A stretch of DNA of 64,000 bases from Patescibacteria group bacterium. GTDB lineage: Bacteria; Patescibacteriota; Dojkabacteria; J137. Positions 19,501 through 28,730 of this stretch are shown piece by piece. The position numbers and the translations under genes are program-made. The stretch is taken from positions 331,569-395,568 of the forward strand of contig BOLA01000001.1 in assembly GCA_016861265.1 (NCBI GenBank), read 5' to 3'. The notes under the pieces were generated by a model. The model saw only the letters and a list, made by a program, of their open reading frames with translations, was not told the DNA's origin and searched no databases. How positions within the stretch are numbered: the stretch's first letter is position 1; every line of letters starts with the position of its first letter.

Positions 19501-19741
19501 CTATTATGTCAAAATCGGTACCGGCATCACCATACACTTCTATTGTTACATCCTGAACATTTTCGGGTAAGGTAAAGTTAAAATTAACTTGATCGCCTTG
19601 ATTATCTAATGTTCCAGAATCAGTAAGAACATTTTCTGCTTTAATAGAACTAAATCCAAACTGAAAATATGCTACCGTAAATAAGAATACATGCAATATT
19701 GCAAATACTACTATGAGTAATGATTTTTTATTGTGCTTCAT
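13502..19741 (-). CDS. Giant surface protein (2079 aa): PPC/Ig-like domains, beta-propeller, TSP3-like Ca-binding repeats, P/T linker, C-terminal TM + carboxypeptidase-regulatory-like domains
   Basis: Signal peptide; DDDNDGLTNQEE..GTNPNDSDSDDDGLLDGEE repeats; TM followed by RKRRKK. Confidence 0.8.
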   Translation of the reverse strand: MKHNKKSLLIVVFAILHVFLFTVAYFQFGFSSIKAENVLTDSGTLDNQGDQVNFNFTLPENVQDVTIEVYGDAGTDFDIIDIQHPENSYFSYYSETRDSESESFTIQYPYSGDWNFSVNFPYDSNGTGGNFLVYVDYNLITDPDPDNVVLSRVDQLDSYSDTQYFFSTPQNATRIAIDVISDTDIQIGNVCGRYYCDTMYYPDGDPQYMEIVNPEYQEWVLNIYSNDTPGGFRVIVHYEVNPEPSVDVYNISDTVFDFGTNSHSFDFSGTAKKLIVSLIAQEAINTDLRLTVYLPGFAGQITNSSQETYYKTLVINNPETGTYNIEVNEMGDDNSVDYEVKVFTQDFEEYSEAVAPLITSTASNRFNDATTANLSIDVEPTDNMVLVFASYKSYGYGMWSNYIGYIGDQNYWDLFRKVETYPRCYSALTDLSTSYDMVSEVWYYYGKPEAGTLDFSFDFQGSASDIRDLVLSAVTISNANPDNMEFSDYSCQAKSDINTSNFLMPINSKANDLVIGSIYTDTNTMLVPSYGSTIYSYNGTGASFVSSYDTTTEYELYTPGSVDKYIALAVAVRANGPVLSPNSYTYVPGGSVEDLENPVIEFTTSPGSMASNGVQFVGTVTDDVAVDYAEYQLNEDSPVSITLDGDSNNKSFDFTIPYINEGTNTVIVTAYDYSGKFVSQEFVFDFVDDQEDPFCDLPSQNSVVNSNTVTYTNVICTDDVGIEQLQLTVYKDNLFTELYNGFLPEDVTQDDSFGDAEEIVTFTIPIELPDGIIFVRLNPRDVASKDATYIGSDFFTVEAEDSTAPTLYLEAIRPDPTMDDSPRITGSCSDNSLYDTNSVVSQLRYRLDEGSWQDITPLDGDLGEIIEEYSFDLPTLSLGTHTVEVECSDSQALVTTKSDEFTIIAPVLSEPQLIIETEDFNDHTNHVLSESNLIWGNGRLRLRETISTVRTSIDTTNYPTKYQNTGYNKYLVEKDPTNSNRIWYTRTSQVVSYDISTGQSTVLDPVSWGLTNLDGPMQTIELSVLNGKTYLWTSDLYRLQVYNLTDNVAVEISYYQLGSIVPDTRGRLAAYINVGGTVGYLDLNNTLTNTGDDTYTVVSSLPDGSALGLSFDFQRNELYVPRYGIGLAKLNDNNTPTNFGDDTLAEYSNAQFENNGSVFGVLVDPNGYLLVGMAGYNQTGGLYVVLDSHTTPGDASDDTVLKLADSAQIKNLNVYDITYIEGQNDVGDQLFLTGELGDAYYLNFNDTYTDLLDDTYIRLNITTNNRGVDTSNAYRGSAVYVVQDYNTLYVNGDVDGFQKYDLIRGWQDVGQAVIYSTPENRLFANYFELRDVQDVGVITVANSSTPEQDNNLFTKLKNLLFPKVTAQQLNGAVSYFVSVDDGVTWNPITLAEILNMSQNDYRVKFKIEMTEINDSTPVIDSYTLAFGAYQDEEQADTYTLDLNVLPNTGTTADNLNFTAKVVDELGFSNQNFNGGLVINLIDSVTSTTKNTLINYGNIELVNGEFSVNNLRITAPGTYYISALYDSVVYLSNLITITEVPVTPVPTINFTANKTTINLGESVTLNWTTSNLTALSINRGVGTLNSLNGSTVVTPTTTTAYTLTGTGPYGNLESTLTIVVVQPTTTNTPSPDTNADDDNDGLTNQEEISLGTNPNDSDSDDDGLLDGEEVDGCVYNQGTTECSSVTFEPTDPLDANTDNDSLLDGEEVLGCYFTINTTVCSNETFEPTDPHDPNSPATHPVAENNPVDTSVPTPTVAEPTAEEPTRTIIETVVEAFNNSAKTGSLPTALVVTTTAATALTAVSYPNAVMYAFVWFRKRRKKLSWGLVFDATNNKPVPFVTVRILDMSNQFIAEEISDLNGKYSIAAKSGNYLLEAKVNGYEEFRNNIAITDEAVNIDIALTPVDPKYDKWLVLRNWLKNNMPKINTFIFFIGFIFSLITMLVAPNTLNLVVLIVFIVQIAAYYLISRNKGGRVFEANSGENLKGIFVRIFEKESGRQLGSVVTDNLGKYNLFLKPGSYLIKAENLQYKIEESTAKFKDATGVPYMEVNLEKESLLNIQIPMQRKTYQEMGSNAQSKFGMM

Positions 19742-19871
19742 AAAAAGGTGAATTGATATACTTTATAAATTCATAATAAAGCTTCTTTAATGCTCTTACA
19801 AGCTTAATTTTATAGATTATAGACTTTTAAATTGTTGTGGAAATATTTCTTGAATGTGATAGATTGTAACT

Positions 19872-20144
19872 ATGAAACTACACTTTGATGAGCCCAAAGA
19901 CAAAACAAAAGATACCAGCGCAATTTATGAATTCTTTATAGAAGAAAATAACGATAAGCCAATAAATATTAATAAGATCAGAGGTAAATCTTTAGCAAGA
20001 TTAATTGAGGAAAGAAAAATTGGTAAGCACTACAGTAGAAAAAAACATTTAAAGTTACAACTGCACTTACTGCAAATATTAGTAATACTTGTTTCTTTAG
20101 TCTGCTTGGTAATGATTGCTTATCTTCTGTATAAAGTCATTTAA
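19872..20144 (+). CDS. Hypothetical protein with C-terminal TM
   Basis: 90-aa ORF with a terminal hydrophobic helix. Confidence 0.55.
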   Translation: MKLHFDEPKDKTKDTSAIYEFFIEENNDKPININKIRGKSLARLIEERKIGKHYSRKKHLKLQLHLLQILVILVSLVCLVMIAYLLYKVI

Positions 20145-20682
20145 GGTCGAATCTTATCTCCTCATCTAGTTCACTGCCCTCAAGTACAATTTCTCTTACA
20201 AAGTTTCTTACGCTCTGCAAGAAATCATCTAATGTTCCATTGTTATCTATATAAAAGTTGTATGGAATTCGCCTTGTTTCTTGATCCGCTCTATTTGCAA
20301 ATTGTTCAACATTAATTCTTTCTACATGAATTGTGAATGCATCTGGGAATAAAGCAAGCAGTTTTAAGATTTCTTCTGGCTCTCTAATATGGAGAAATAC
20401 AATCGAATTATCGGGAGTATCGGCAATTCTTTCGACTAAGTATCTCGTAGGTCTATCGTTATCCCTAACCATATCCTGCTTTACATCAAACATTCTGTAT
20501 CGCCAATAATCATCTTTAGTAACTCCATCCCATTGTTCAAACTCTCTTAAATATTGCTTAACTTCATCTACTGATGAATAAGTTGCTACATTAATTCTTC
20601 CAGTTAACATTTCTCTACACATTTCAATTAGGGTATCTTTTCCCGAGCGTGCAGGTCCATTAATAACGAATACTTTTTTCAT
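20137..20682 (-). CDS. P-loop (d)NMP-kinase-like protein
   Basis: N-terminal VINGPARSGKDT Walker A; IREPEE; FYIDNNGTLDDF lid-end motif typical of NMP kinases. Confidence 0.65.
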   Translation of the reverse strand: MKKVFVINGPARSGKDTLIEMCREMLTGRINVATYSSVDEVKQYLREFEQWDGVTKDDYWRYRMFDVKQDMVRDNDRPTRYLVERIADTPDNSIVFLHIREPEEILKLLALFPDAFTIHVERINVEQFANRADQETRRIPYNFYIDNNGTLDDFLQSVRNFVREIVLEGSELDEEIRFDLK

Positions 20683-21461
20683 TATGAGTTTCTTAGTTCA
20701 AGTAAGCTACCGACTCCAAGGTCTTTGCCAAATTGGTCGATTTGTTTGATAAAGAATTTTATACTATTTCCCCAGTTCTTGCATTCATCTTGAGGGCCAC
20801 AAAATGTACCTTCCATCAAGGATGGATCGATTAAATACTGAGTACCATAACCTTCCATCAAAACTCTTGAGACTCTATCTATTGAAGCCTCAAAACTTTC
20901 AAAATAGAGTCGATGTTCACCCCCGCCTCCAAAGCCCCAACAATTATGCATTTCTGCCGAAACTTTATACTTGCATAAATTGGTTTCGTTTCTAGCAATA
21001 GCCACAATAGTTATGCAGTCCCTTGGTGCTCCATACTGATCGCATTTTTCAACAAAATATTTTCCATAACCGTATAAAGGTGAGTTGTTTGCAAGAAAAT
21101 ATTGATCGAATACATAAGCTCTTTCGTCCACTAGACTAATATTTGTATTAATTTTATTTACAGTGGATGCCCCCAAAACTTCAGCAGCACTAAACTTATT
21201 GCTAAATGCAATTGCAGAAGGATCAATATTTAAGGACGTATTATAGTAGTTTTGTTTTGCTTCTACAGAATATGAATCTAGGCTGCCAGTTAATATTCTG
21301 CCTAACTCATTAATACCCAATCCTAAAACTAGTAGTAGGAATAAGTAAAAAGATACTTTAGAAGCACTTAGTTTTCTTTTTTTTATTGATTTATATACTC
21401 TAGTTCTTAGAGGTTTTAGAAGATAGACCTTCTTAACTTGTCCTAATTTTGCTTTTTCCAT
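20682..21461 (-). CDS. Membrane-anchored lysozyme-fold (glucosaminidase-like) protein
   Basis: SPL....FV....YG....VAIARNET...HNCWGFG...FESFEASID pattern; N-terminal TM. Confidence 0.6.
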   Translation of the reverse strand: MEKAKLGQVKKVYLLKPLRTRVYKSIKKRKLSASKVSFYLFLLLVLGLGINELGRILTGSLDSYSVEAKQNYYNTSLNIDPSAIAFSNKFSAAEVLGASTVNKINTNISLVDERAYVFDQYFLANNSPLYGYGKYFVEKCDQYGAPRDCITIVAIARNETNLCKYKVSAEMHNCWGFGGGGEHRLYFESFEASIDRVSRVLMEGYGTQYLIDPSLMEGTFCGPQDECKNWGNSIKFFIKQIDQFGKDLGVGSLLELRNS

Positions 21462-21523
21462 TACTGTAAATTATGTGACTGTTTACAGTTTAAAGGAAAA
21501 TCAAAGTATAGAAAAGCTAATTA

Positions 21524-22300
21524 TTAATCAAGCAAGGTAAGTATTTCTGGCCTTCCTTTTCGCACGATTACCATGTGTTCAAACATAACACCTTTAGATC
21601 CATCAACGGTTTTTAGACTCCATCCGTCTAAATCTAAGTAAAGTGATTCTTTGCCTAGTACGACTTGGTTTTCTATACATAAACACATTCCTTCTTCTAG
21701 TGGGATTTCTTCCTGTCCCTTATATGTATAAGTCAAAACTTCGGGTTCTAACCACAAAGCCTTTCCTATACCATGACCACAATAAGATCGAATATAATTA
21801 AAACCCGCGATATCGCATACAGTTTGCATTGCTCTAGAAATATCACTTACATTATTGCCAACTACGGCCTCTTTGATAGCAGTATCTATACATAGCCTAC
21901 CGGTTTCTATCAGCCTTTTTTCCTCTGCAGATATTTCTCCGACTGCAACAGTTACACAATGATCAGTATAAAAGCCATTATGAATTACTCCAAAATCGAC
22001 TTTAACAATGTCGCCTTCTTTAAATTCAATACTCGAATGTGGAATTCCATGCAGAATAGTATTATTTACATTTATACATAGGCTCGAAGGGAAATCACTC
22101 TTTGGTCCTGGAACTCCTAAAAAGGCAGGTTTAACCTTGTTTTTTAAACATAATTCGCTAGCAAGTTCTGCAATATCACTTGCTTTTACACCTGCTTTTA
22201 CATTATCCCTTAGCTGTCTTAAAATTGAAGTCGAAATATCAGCAGCTTCCTTGACTGTTTTATAGTCCTTTTCACTTTTGATTATATTCGAATACGACAT
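21524..22300 (-). CDS. map: Methionine aminopeptidase type I
   Basis: HGIP, DFGV...TDH, GHGIG, EN and FEH metal-ligand motifs. Confidence 0.95.
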   Translation of the reverse strand: MSYSNIIKSEKDYKTVKEAADISTSILRQLRDNVKAGVKASDIAELASELCLKNKVKPAFLGVPGPKSDFPSSLCINVNNTILHGIPHSSIEFKEGDIVKVDFGVIHNGFYTDHCVTVAVGEISAEEKRLIETGRLCIDTAIKEAVVGNNVSDISRAMQTVCDIAGFNYIRSYCGHGIGKALWLEPEVLTYTYKGQEEIPLEEGMCLCIENQVVLGKESLYLDLDGWSLKTVDGSKGVMFEHMVIVRKGRPEILTLLD

Positions 22301-22301
22301 T

Positions 22302-23810
22302 TTAAGAGTTTATATATTTTTCGTAACTTCTTGTAGCTTGTAAAGACTTATATTGTCTGTAGGTATCTAGGAATACTCCAACAATAATTAGTACGCTAGT
22401 GCCTCCAATTCCCGAAAGAATAGTTAAGGTTGTTCCGCTTGTACTCAGTACAAAATCTCTAGCAATCATTGGTATTAATGCAATAAGTCCTAAGAAAATA
22501 CCTCCGACAATTCCAATTCTTAGCAGTACTCTACTTAGGTAATCCTCAGTTGCCTTTCCTGGTCTTACGCCTGGAATGAATGCTCCATTTTTTTGCAAAT
22601 TTTCAACGGCAACTTCCTGCGGGTTAAACACTATGAATGAATATACTAGTGCAAATATTATAGTTAGAATAAAGTATACAATTGCGTAAATTAGATCTTT
22701 ATTATCTACGATATTATCGGTAGGAGCATATAAGAAGCTAGTCTTTAATGACTCCATAAACTGATATACACTCGAATCTGCTGTTAATCCATTCTGAACT
22801 AATGGTATTAAAATCTGAGGAATAGATAATACTGCGTAAGTAAATATAACTGGAATAACTCCTGTTAAAGTAAACTTTAAAGGTAAAAAGGATCCTCTTC
22901 CTATTTCCGCACCCCTAACCCTTCTTGCATATTGAATCTCTATTTTTCTGTAAGACTCATTTATAAATATAATTCCAGCGATCACTATTATGGCACCAAT
23001 CAGAACCACCAGCAGTGCTCCGGTCAAAGGGTTATTTAATGCGGAAAAGTTACCCTGCAGTAATTGATTAATCGTTTCGTTAAAGTTAATTCTTGCAAAG
23101 TCTTGGCTTATATAGACTGGCAATGTAGATAGAATTCCAATAGTAATAATTATTGAAGAACCATTACCTAGACCTTTCTCTGTGATTATTTCTGATAACC
23201 ACATTAATAACATTGTACCTGCGGCTAAAACTAAGGCCATAAACAGAATCTTTTCGATTGATGGTAAATTGGAGCCGATTGCATGGGTTATTAAATAAAC
23301 AGGTGTGTGGTTTGGATCAGCAGCAACAGCAGGATCATTTGCTGCATTTGCAAGGTCTCTCTGAGCAATAATGTATAAGTAGATTACTGAATAGAATATT
23401 GCTAATGGAAATGAAATGTATCGGGTAATTTGATTAATTATTTGTCTTCCTCTCTCACCTTCCTTCTGCAATTCCTTTAGTCTAGGTATAGCATAAGGCA
23501 ATATTTGCATAACTATAGATGCATTAATATATGCGGCAATTCCTAAGCCAACCAAAGATGGTGTATCAACCCTACCTCCTGTAAAGATTGTAAATAAGTA
23601 ATTAATTTCCGATGCTGTACTCGCTCCAAAGTAGTTGTTGTATACCTTCATGTCTACTCCAGGAAGCGGAATACTTGCCAAAGCTCTGTAAACAACTACT
23701 ATAAATATTGTTACCCCAATTCTTGTTAATATCTCTTTATTTGTTAAAAACGAAGGTAATCTAATATTTTTGAATGGGTTAATACTTCTTAGTTTGGCTA
23801 ATGGTTTCAT
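22302..23810 (-). CDS. secY: Preprotein translocase SecY
   Basis: IPLPGVD, LGIAAYINASIVMQ, GLGNGSS, FIPGVRPG, GGTSVLI. Confidence 0.97.
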   Translation of the reverse strand: MKPLAKLRSINPFKNIRLPSFLTNKEILTRIGVTIFIVVVYRALASIPLPGVDMKVYNNYFGASTASEINYLFTIFTGGRVDTPSLVGLGIAAYINASIVMQILPYAIPRLKELQKEGERGRQIINQITRYISFPLAIFYSVIYLYIIAQRDLANAANDPAVAADPNHTPVYLITHAIGSNLPSIEKILFMALVLAAGTMLLMWLSEIITEKGLGNGSSIIITIGILSTLPVYISQDFARINFNETINQLLQGNFSALNNPLTGALLVVLIGAIIVIAGIIFINESYRKIEIQYARRVRGAEIGRGSFLPLKFTLTGVIPVIFTYAVLSIPQILIPLVQNGLTADSSVYQFMESLKTSFLYAPTDNIVDNKDLIYAIVYFILTIIFALVYSFIVFNPQEVAVENLQKNGAFIPGVRPGKATEDYLSRVLLRIGIVGGIFLGLIALIPMIARDFVLSTSGTTLTILSGIGGTSVLIIVGVFLDTYRQYKSLQATRSYEKYINS

Positions 23811-23927
23811 AAATCAAAAAACTATGGTTAAAATCTACAAACAAGATTATACACAATTAAATAAAAATTGACTAAGATATTTGTGAAACCCTTATCTGCA
23901 TTACTGTATATATTTTATTGTCGCTGG

Positions 23928-24389
23928 TTAATTTTGCTCTTCGGCTAATACTTTTAATCTCTCTAAAGATTTTGGCCACATTTCATTGAACATATCTACG
24001 TATTCATCCATCATATCTATATCTACTTGTACTTCGGTTACACCATCTTCTTCTTTAAAAGTGTAGTTTTCGAATGCAGGAGCCCATTTCTTTGCTTCTT
24101 CGCTTGTAGTATCTTCTACCCCATTATTCACAATTCCAAGATGCTCAATTGAAATAAATTGATATGGAATATTCTCGGCTATACGACTAACCATACCGCC
24201 CATCACACCCGTTTCTGGATCTGGTCCAAGAAAAAGCATTTTTGATCCTTTTTCCCAGTTACCTTGCACAGTTGATCCGCCTTCATTGAATACGCTGGTC
24301 CAATCTTTATAAGTTTCTTCACCTAGCATTGTATTCCATACTTTCTCTGCAGGAGCATTAATTCTAATTGAAAAGTGCATTTTTTGCAT
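23928..24389 (-). CDS. SRPBCC/AHSA1-family protein
   Basis: IRINAPAEKVW...YKDWT...WPKSLERLK. Confidence 0.85.
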   Translation of the reverse strand: MQKMHFSIRINAPAEKVWNTMLGEETYKDWTSVFNEGGSTVQGNWEKGSKMLFLGPDPETGVMGGMVSRIAENIPYQFISIEHLGIVNNGVEDTTSEEAKKWAPAFENYTFKEEDGVTEVQVDIDMMDEYVDMFNEMWPKSLERLKVLAEEQN

Positions 24390-24450
24390 AATTTAAATAC
24401 TAATATTAAAAATAAAATACTAGCCTATTGTAGCATTTACTAAAATATAA

Positions 24451-24480
24451 AAAAAAAGACCCAGCTTTCGCTGGGTCTTT
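24451..24480 (-). terminator. Intrinsic terminator after rplO
   Basis: aaagacccagc-tttc-gctgggtcttt with a T-tract on the minus strand. Confidence 0.85.
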
Positions 24481-24499
24481 AAATTCTTGTTATATTTTT

Positions 24500-24967
24500 T
24501 TATTCTTCCACACTTCCACCAGCTTTTTCAATAGCTGCCTTTGCTGTCTTAGAGGTTTTAATTCCCTTTAAGTTTAAGGCTACTTCGATATCTTTATCGA
24601 ATAATACTTTTGGCATTACTACTTTATGTGCTTTTAATTTCAATAATCCAAATTGTACTAAATTTTCTAGAGTAACTTCTGTTACCTTAGCTTCTGCAGC
24701 AACTGCAGCAAGTACGCTTAATTTAACAGGTGAATTTACTTCACTTGATTTTATAAAGGCTCGAGTAAATCCTTTGAATTTAGGCAATCTTCTTGCAATA
24801 GGGTTCTGACCTCCTTCGAAGTTTCTTCTTGGAGCTTTGTAACCTGTTCTTGCAGTAGCACCCTTTCCTCCTCTACCTGAAGTATGGCCTCCCTTTCCGG
24901 ATCCCATTCCTCTTCCTAATCTCTTTCCTGTTTTAGTTGTTTTTGGTGATGGTAATGTATGTAACAT
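24500..24967 (-). CDS. rplO: 50S ribosomal protein uL15
   Basis: RLGRGMGSGKG, FEGGQNP, RRLPK. Confidence 0.97.
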   Translation of the reverse strand: MLHTLPSPKTTKTGKRLGRGMGSGKGGHTSGRGGKGATARTGYKAPRRNFEGGQNPIARRLPKFKGFTRAFIKSSEVNSPVKLSVLAAVAAEAKVTEVTLENLVQFGLLKLKAHKVVMPKVLFDKDIEVALNLKGIKTSKTAKAAIEKAGGSVEE

Positions 24968-24999
24968 ATTTTCAATTTTAAAATTCTATTATTTAAATC

Positions 25000-25593
25000 T
25001 TATAACCTTGTTGTTCTTAATGCTGCTAATGCATAAATTGTTGCATAAGCATTTGTAATTTTATTATCAGCACCTAAAATCTTACCTAGAACATCGTTAA
25101 TACCTGCTACTTCTGCAACCTGTCTAACTGACGATCCTGCAATAATTCCTGTACCTGGAGCAGCTGGTTTAAGTAAAATTCTTGATGATTTGTATTTAAA
25201 TGTAATTTCATGAGGTATTGTATTTCCTTTTAGGCTTACAAATACCATGCTCTTTTTAGCTTGATTAGTAGCCTTGTCTTGTGCACTTCTTACATCATCA
25301 CCTTTACCCACACCAATTCCTACTCTTCCCTTTTTGTCACCTACAACAACTACAACGCTGATTTTCATTCTTCGTCCTCCCTGATGCATTTTTGTAACTC
25401 TTCTAATAGTTACAATCTTAGTTTCTAATTGCTCACCTTTTTCCTCAGATCTGTCTTTTCTATCTGAACGTCTAGGTCTATTAGATCTAATTTTGTTTCT
25501 GTTGTTTCTTTCATATTTATTAGCAACAGTTGCTTGTGCCTGAGTTACATTTACTTCTTTTACTTCAGTTGTTGGTTTTGCTTGTTCTGACAT
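25000..25593 (-). CDS. rpsE: 30S ribosomal protein uS5
   Basis: RVTKMHQGGR, VVVGD, PAAPGTGIIAG. Confidence 0.97.
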   Translation of the reverse strand: MSEQAKPTTEVKEVNVTQAQATVANKYERNNRNKIRSNRPRRSDRKDRSEEKGEQLETKIVTIRRVTKMHQGGRRMKISVVVVVGDKKGRVGIGVGKGDDVRSAQDKATNQAKKSMVFVSLKGNTIPHEITFKYKSSRILLKPAAPGTGIIAGSSVRQVAEVAGINDVLGKILGADNKITNAYATIYALAALRTTRL

Positions 25594-25616
25594 ATCTTTC
25601 GTTTTAGAATTTTAAT

Positions 25617-25958
25617 TTAAAATTGTAAACCTGCTTCTCTAGCACCGTCTGCTAAAGCTTTTACTCTTCCGTGATACTTGAATCCTCTTCTATCAAATAC
25701 TACTTTTGTTAAATTTGCTTTTACTGCTTTTTCTCCTAAAAGTGTACCTACTTCTTTTGCAAGTTCTACAGGTTTTAATTTCTTTGTAACCTCTAAATCA
25801 GTAGCGGTTACAAGTGTTTTATGGTTTACATCATCAATAATTTGAGCATAGATGTGAGAGTTTGTTCTATGAACAACTACTCTTGGTCTATCTACTGTCC
25901 CCTTTACTGTCTTTGCAATTTTACTTATTCTTCTTTGTCTTTGTTTAATTTTATCCAT
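25617..25958 (-). CDS. rplR: 50S ribosomal protein uL18
   Basis: [23 protein letters not shown]. Confidence 0.97.
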   Translation of the reverse strand: MDKIKQRQRRISKIAKTVKGTVDRPRVVVHRTNSHIYAQIIDDVNHKTLVTATDLEVTKKLKPVELAKEVGTLLGEKAVKANLTKVVFDRRGFKYHGRVKALADGAREAGLQF

Positions 25959-25978
25959 ATTTTTAATTTAACTTAGAG

Positions 25979-26536
25979 TTATTTTGATGCTCCTTTAGTT
26001 GATTTCTTTCTAATCTTTTCACCCTTATATCTAATACCTTTACCCTTGTAAGGTTCTGGCTTTCTATAAGCTCTAATCTTAGCTGCAACTTCTCCAACTA
26101 ATTGTTTATCAGCACCATCAACGCTAATATTAACCTGATCTGCTACAGCAATATTAATTCCTGCAGGTGGTTCATAATTGATTTTGTGGGAATAACCTAC
26201 AGATAGTACTAATTTAGTACCTTGCATTTCTGCTCTATAACCAATTCCAACAATTTCTAATTCTTTTTTATAACCATTTACTACACCATCAACCATATTG
26301 CTGATTAATGTTCTGTATAGACCATGGAATGCTCTGTCTTGCTTTGAATCACTATCTCTTACAACTGATAATGTTGTTCCTTCTTGTTTTACATCAACAC
26401 CTCTTTGAATTGATTGTGTTAAGGTACCTTTTGGTCCTGTAACTGTAACTTTCTTATATCCGAATTCTCCTCCGTTTTCAACTTTTACATCAACACCGTT
26501 TGGTAATTGGATTTCTTTTTTTCCTATTCTTGACAT
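25979..26536 (-). CDS. rplF: 50S ribosomal protein uL6
   Basis: MSRIGKK, PEPYKGKGIRY. Confidence 0.98.
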   Translation of the reverse strand: MSRIGKKEIQLPNGVDVKVENGGEFGYKKVTVTGPKGTLTQSIQRGVDVKQEGTTLSVVRDSDSKQDRAFHGLYRTLISNMVDGVVNGYKKELEIVGIGYRAEMQGTKLVLSVGYSHKINYEPPAGINIAVADQVNISVDGADKQLVGEVAAKIRAYRKPEPYKGKGIRYKGEKIRKKSTKGASK

Positions 26537-26595
26537 ATCTTTCTAATTAACGAATTTATGGATTCCTATATGGAAGCCTTCAATTATAAATTTAA

Positions 26596-26988
26596 TTAAT
26601 AAACGTAACAAATATACTCTCCACCAATCTTATTCTTAACAGCATCCTTGCCTGTTACAATTCCCATTGGTGTTGAGAAAATTGATAAACCTAAACCTCT
26701 TTTTACAGGTTTAATATCTCTATATCCTCTGTATTTTCTTACACCAGGCTTAGAAATTCTTACTACTTCTGTAATAGCAGGTACTCCATTTACATATTTC
26801 AAATCAACTACTAGTTCACTCTGTGGTTTTGCTTCAACAACCTGATAATCTAATAAGAAACCTTCCTTTTTTAAGATTTCAGCAATTGAGATAATCATCT
26901 TTGTTGCAGGCATAGAAACAGAATCTTTTTTTCTTGCTTGTGCATTCCTTATTCTTGTTAAAAAGTCTGCTATTGGGTCAGTTATCAT
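26596..26988 (-). CDS. rpsH: 30S ribosomal protein uS8
   Basis: DPIADFLTRIRNA, RISKPG. Confidence 0.98.
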   Translation of the reverse strand: MITDPIADFLTRIRNAQARKKDSVSMPATKMIISIAEILKKEGFLLDYQVVEAKPQSELVVDLKYVNGVPAITEVVRISKPGVRKYRGYRDIKPVKRGLGLSIFSTPMGIVTGKDAVKNKIGGEYICYVY

Positions 26989-27016
26989 ATTACCTTAATA
27001 AATCTAAATTAATTAA

Positions 27017-27229
27017 TTACCATGAAATTTTTCTTACTCCTGGCAATTCTCCGTTTAAAGCTGCTTTTCTAAAGCAAATTCTACACATTTTGAATCTACC
27101 AATGTATCCTCTTGGTCTACCGCAAACTTGACATCTGTTTTTAAACTTAACAGATTTAAATTTGCTGTTTCCATTCTTCATTTTCATGATTTGTTTTTTG
27201 TTTTTAGCAACTGCTGCTTTATTTGCCAT
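27017..27229 (-). CDS. rpsN: 30S ribosomal protein uS14 (Zn-binding type)
   Basis: RCQVCGRPR...CRICFR...LPGVRKISW. Confidence 0.96.
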   Translation of the reverse strand: MANKAAVAKNKKQIMKMKNGNSKFKSVKFKNRCQVCGRPRGYIGRFKMCRICFRKAALNGELPGVRKISW

Positions 27230-27289
27230 ATTTGTATTTGTTTAAATCGTTTGTAATTATAGCTTTTAGCCTTAAATTAATCAATTAGA

Positions 27290-27856
27290 TTAAGCTTGTT
27301 TAGGCTTATTCTTAGCTCTTTCGAAAGGCATTCCTAGTCCTTCTAAAAGCGCTAAACCTTGTTCATCATTAGCTGCTGTGGTGTTTATAACAACTTGCAG
27401 TGATCTAATTTTTACTAAAGTTGATGTATCAATCTCTGGGAAAATTGTATGATCTTTAATTCCCAAAGAATAATTTCCTCTTCTATCAAATGCTTTTCTA
27501 GAAACACCTCTAAAGTCCTTAATTCTTGGTAGAGTTACTCCTACAACTTTATACAAGAAATCCCACATTCTATCACCTCTTAAAGTTACCTTTAATCCGT
27601 TTGGTGTGCCTTCTCTTAGTTTAAAGTTAGAAATAGCCAACTTAGAGTTCACTACTACAGGTTTTTGACCAGTAATTTGTGCCAAAGTTTCGCTCATTTC
27701 TTGAACAACATTTGTGTTATTCTGATATTCTTTTCCAATTCCTGCATTCACAACTATTTTTGTAATAGTTGGTACAGCCATAGTATTCTTAATGTCGAAA
27801 TCCTTCATTAATTTTGGCTTTACTTCCTTGTTGTATTTTGTTTCTAATTCTGTCAT
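27290..27856 (-). CDS. rplE: 50S ribosomal protein uL5
   Basis: ITGQKP, FKLREG, LPRIKDFRG. Confidence 0.98.
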   Translation of the reverse strand: MTELETKYNKEVKPKLMKDFDIKNTMAVPTITKIVVNAGIGKEYQNNTNVVQEMSETLAQITGQKPVVVNSKLAISNFKLREGTPNGLKVTLRGDRMWDFLYKVVGVTLPRIKDFRGVSRKAFDRRGNYSLGIKDHTIFPEIDTSTLVKIRSLQVVINTTAANDEQGLALLEGLGMPFERAKNKPKQA

Positions 27857-27978
27857 ATCTTGTTCTAAATAAATTTTTTATTTCTTTTTAGCTTTAGCTA
27901 AATATTCAATTAATTACAATTACCTTTGAAACAAGTTTAGATTATACACCTAACTTGTTAGTGATAACTTTTCTAATC

Positions 27979-28314
27979 TTATTTAATAACTTCTCCACTT
28001 TTCTTAGCAAATCTTACTTTCTTTCCATCAACAGTTTTGAATCCTACTCTTGTTGGCTTGTCTGTTTTTGGATCTACTAACATAACATTAGAAATGTCCA
28101 TTGCTTTTTCCATTTCAACTAATCCACCTTTAATTCCTAATTGTGGATTTGGCTTTTGAGCTCTTTTAACAATATTAATTCCTTTTACAACAATCTTTGA
28201 TTTTTCATTTCCTTTTGAGTCAGTTTTTACAATAATTGCAAGTACTTCGCCTCTTTTTCCAGCATCCTTGCCTCTCATAATTTGGACTGAATCACCTTTT
28301 CTAATTTTATTCAT
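27979..28314 (-). CDS. rplX: 50S ribosomal protein uL24
   Basis: KIRKGDSV..GKDAGKRG KOW motif, ISNVML. Confidence 0.97.
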   Translation of the reverse strand: MNKIRKGDSVQIMRGKDAGKRGEVLAIIVKTDSKGNEKSKIVVKGINIVKRAQKPNPQLGIKGGLVEMEKAMDISNVMLVDPKTDKPTRVGFKTVDGKKVRFAKKSGEVIK

Positions 28315-28329
28315 AATTTTTACTTAACT

Positions 28330-28713
28330 TTATAGAACTTCTAATGCTAAAGATACTAATTTATTAAATCCTTTATCTTTTAATTCTCTTGCTACTGGAC
28401 CGAAAATTCTAGTTCCCTTAGGTTCCTTTGTAGCTTTGTCGATAATTGCTGCTGCGTTTTCGTCAAATTTAATATAAGAACCATCTTTTCTTCTAATTTC
28501 CTTTGTTGTTCTAATTACAACTGCGTGTACAACATCTCCTTTTTTGTAATTACCATTTGGTAATGCTCTTTTAACAGAGGCACTAACAATATCACCTACA
28601 TAACCGAATTTCTTGAACATTCCACCCTTAACGTTACCCAATACTTGAATAACATGGATTTCCTTTGCTCCAGAGTTGTCAGCTACTTTTAATCTTGATT
28701 GTGTCTGAATCAT
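28330..28713 (-). CDS. rplN: 50S ribosomal protein uL14
   Basis: [29 protein letters not shown]. Confidence 0.98.
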   Translation of the reverse strand: MIQTQSRLKVADNSGAKEIHVIQVLGNVKGGMFKKFGYVGDIVSASVKRALPNGNYKKGDVVHAVVIRTTKEIRRKDGSYIKFDENAAAIIDKATKEPKGTRIFGPVARELKDKGFNKLVSLALEVL

Positions 28714-28730
28714 ATCTTTATTATCTAATC

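Noticed and set aside
24968-24999. Absence of rpmD (uL30) as a novelty
   Set aside because: Real, but a known CPR trait; used only as a taxonomic clue.
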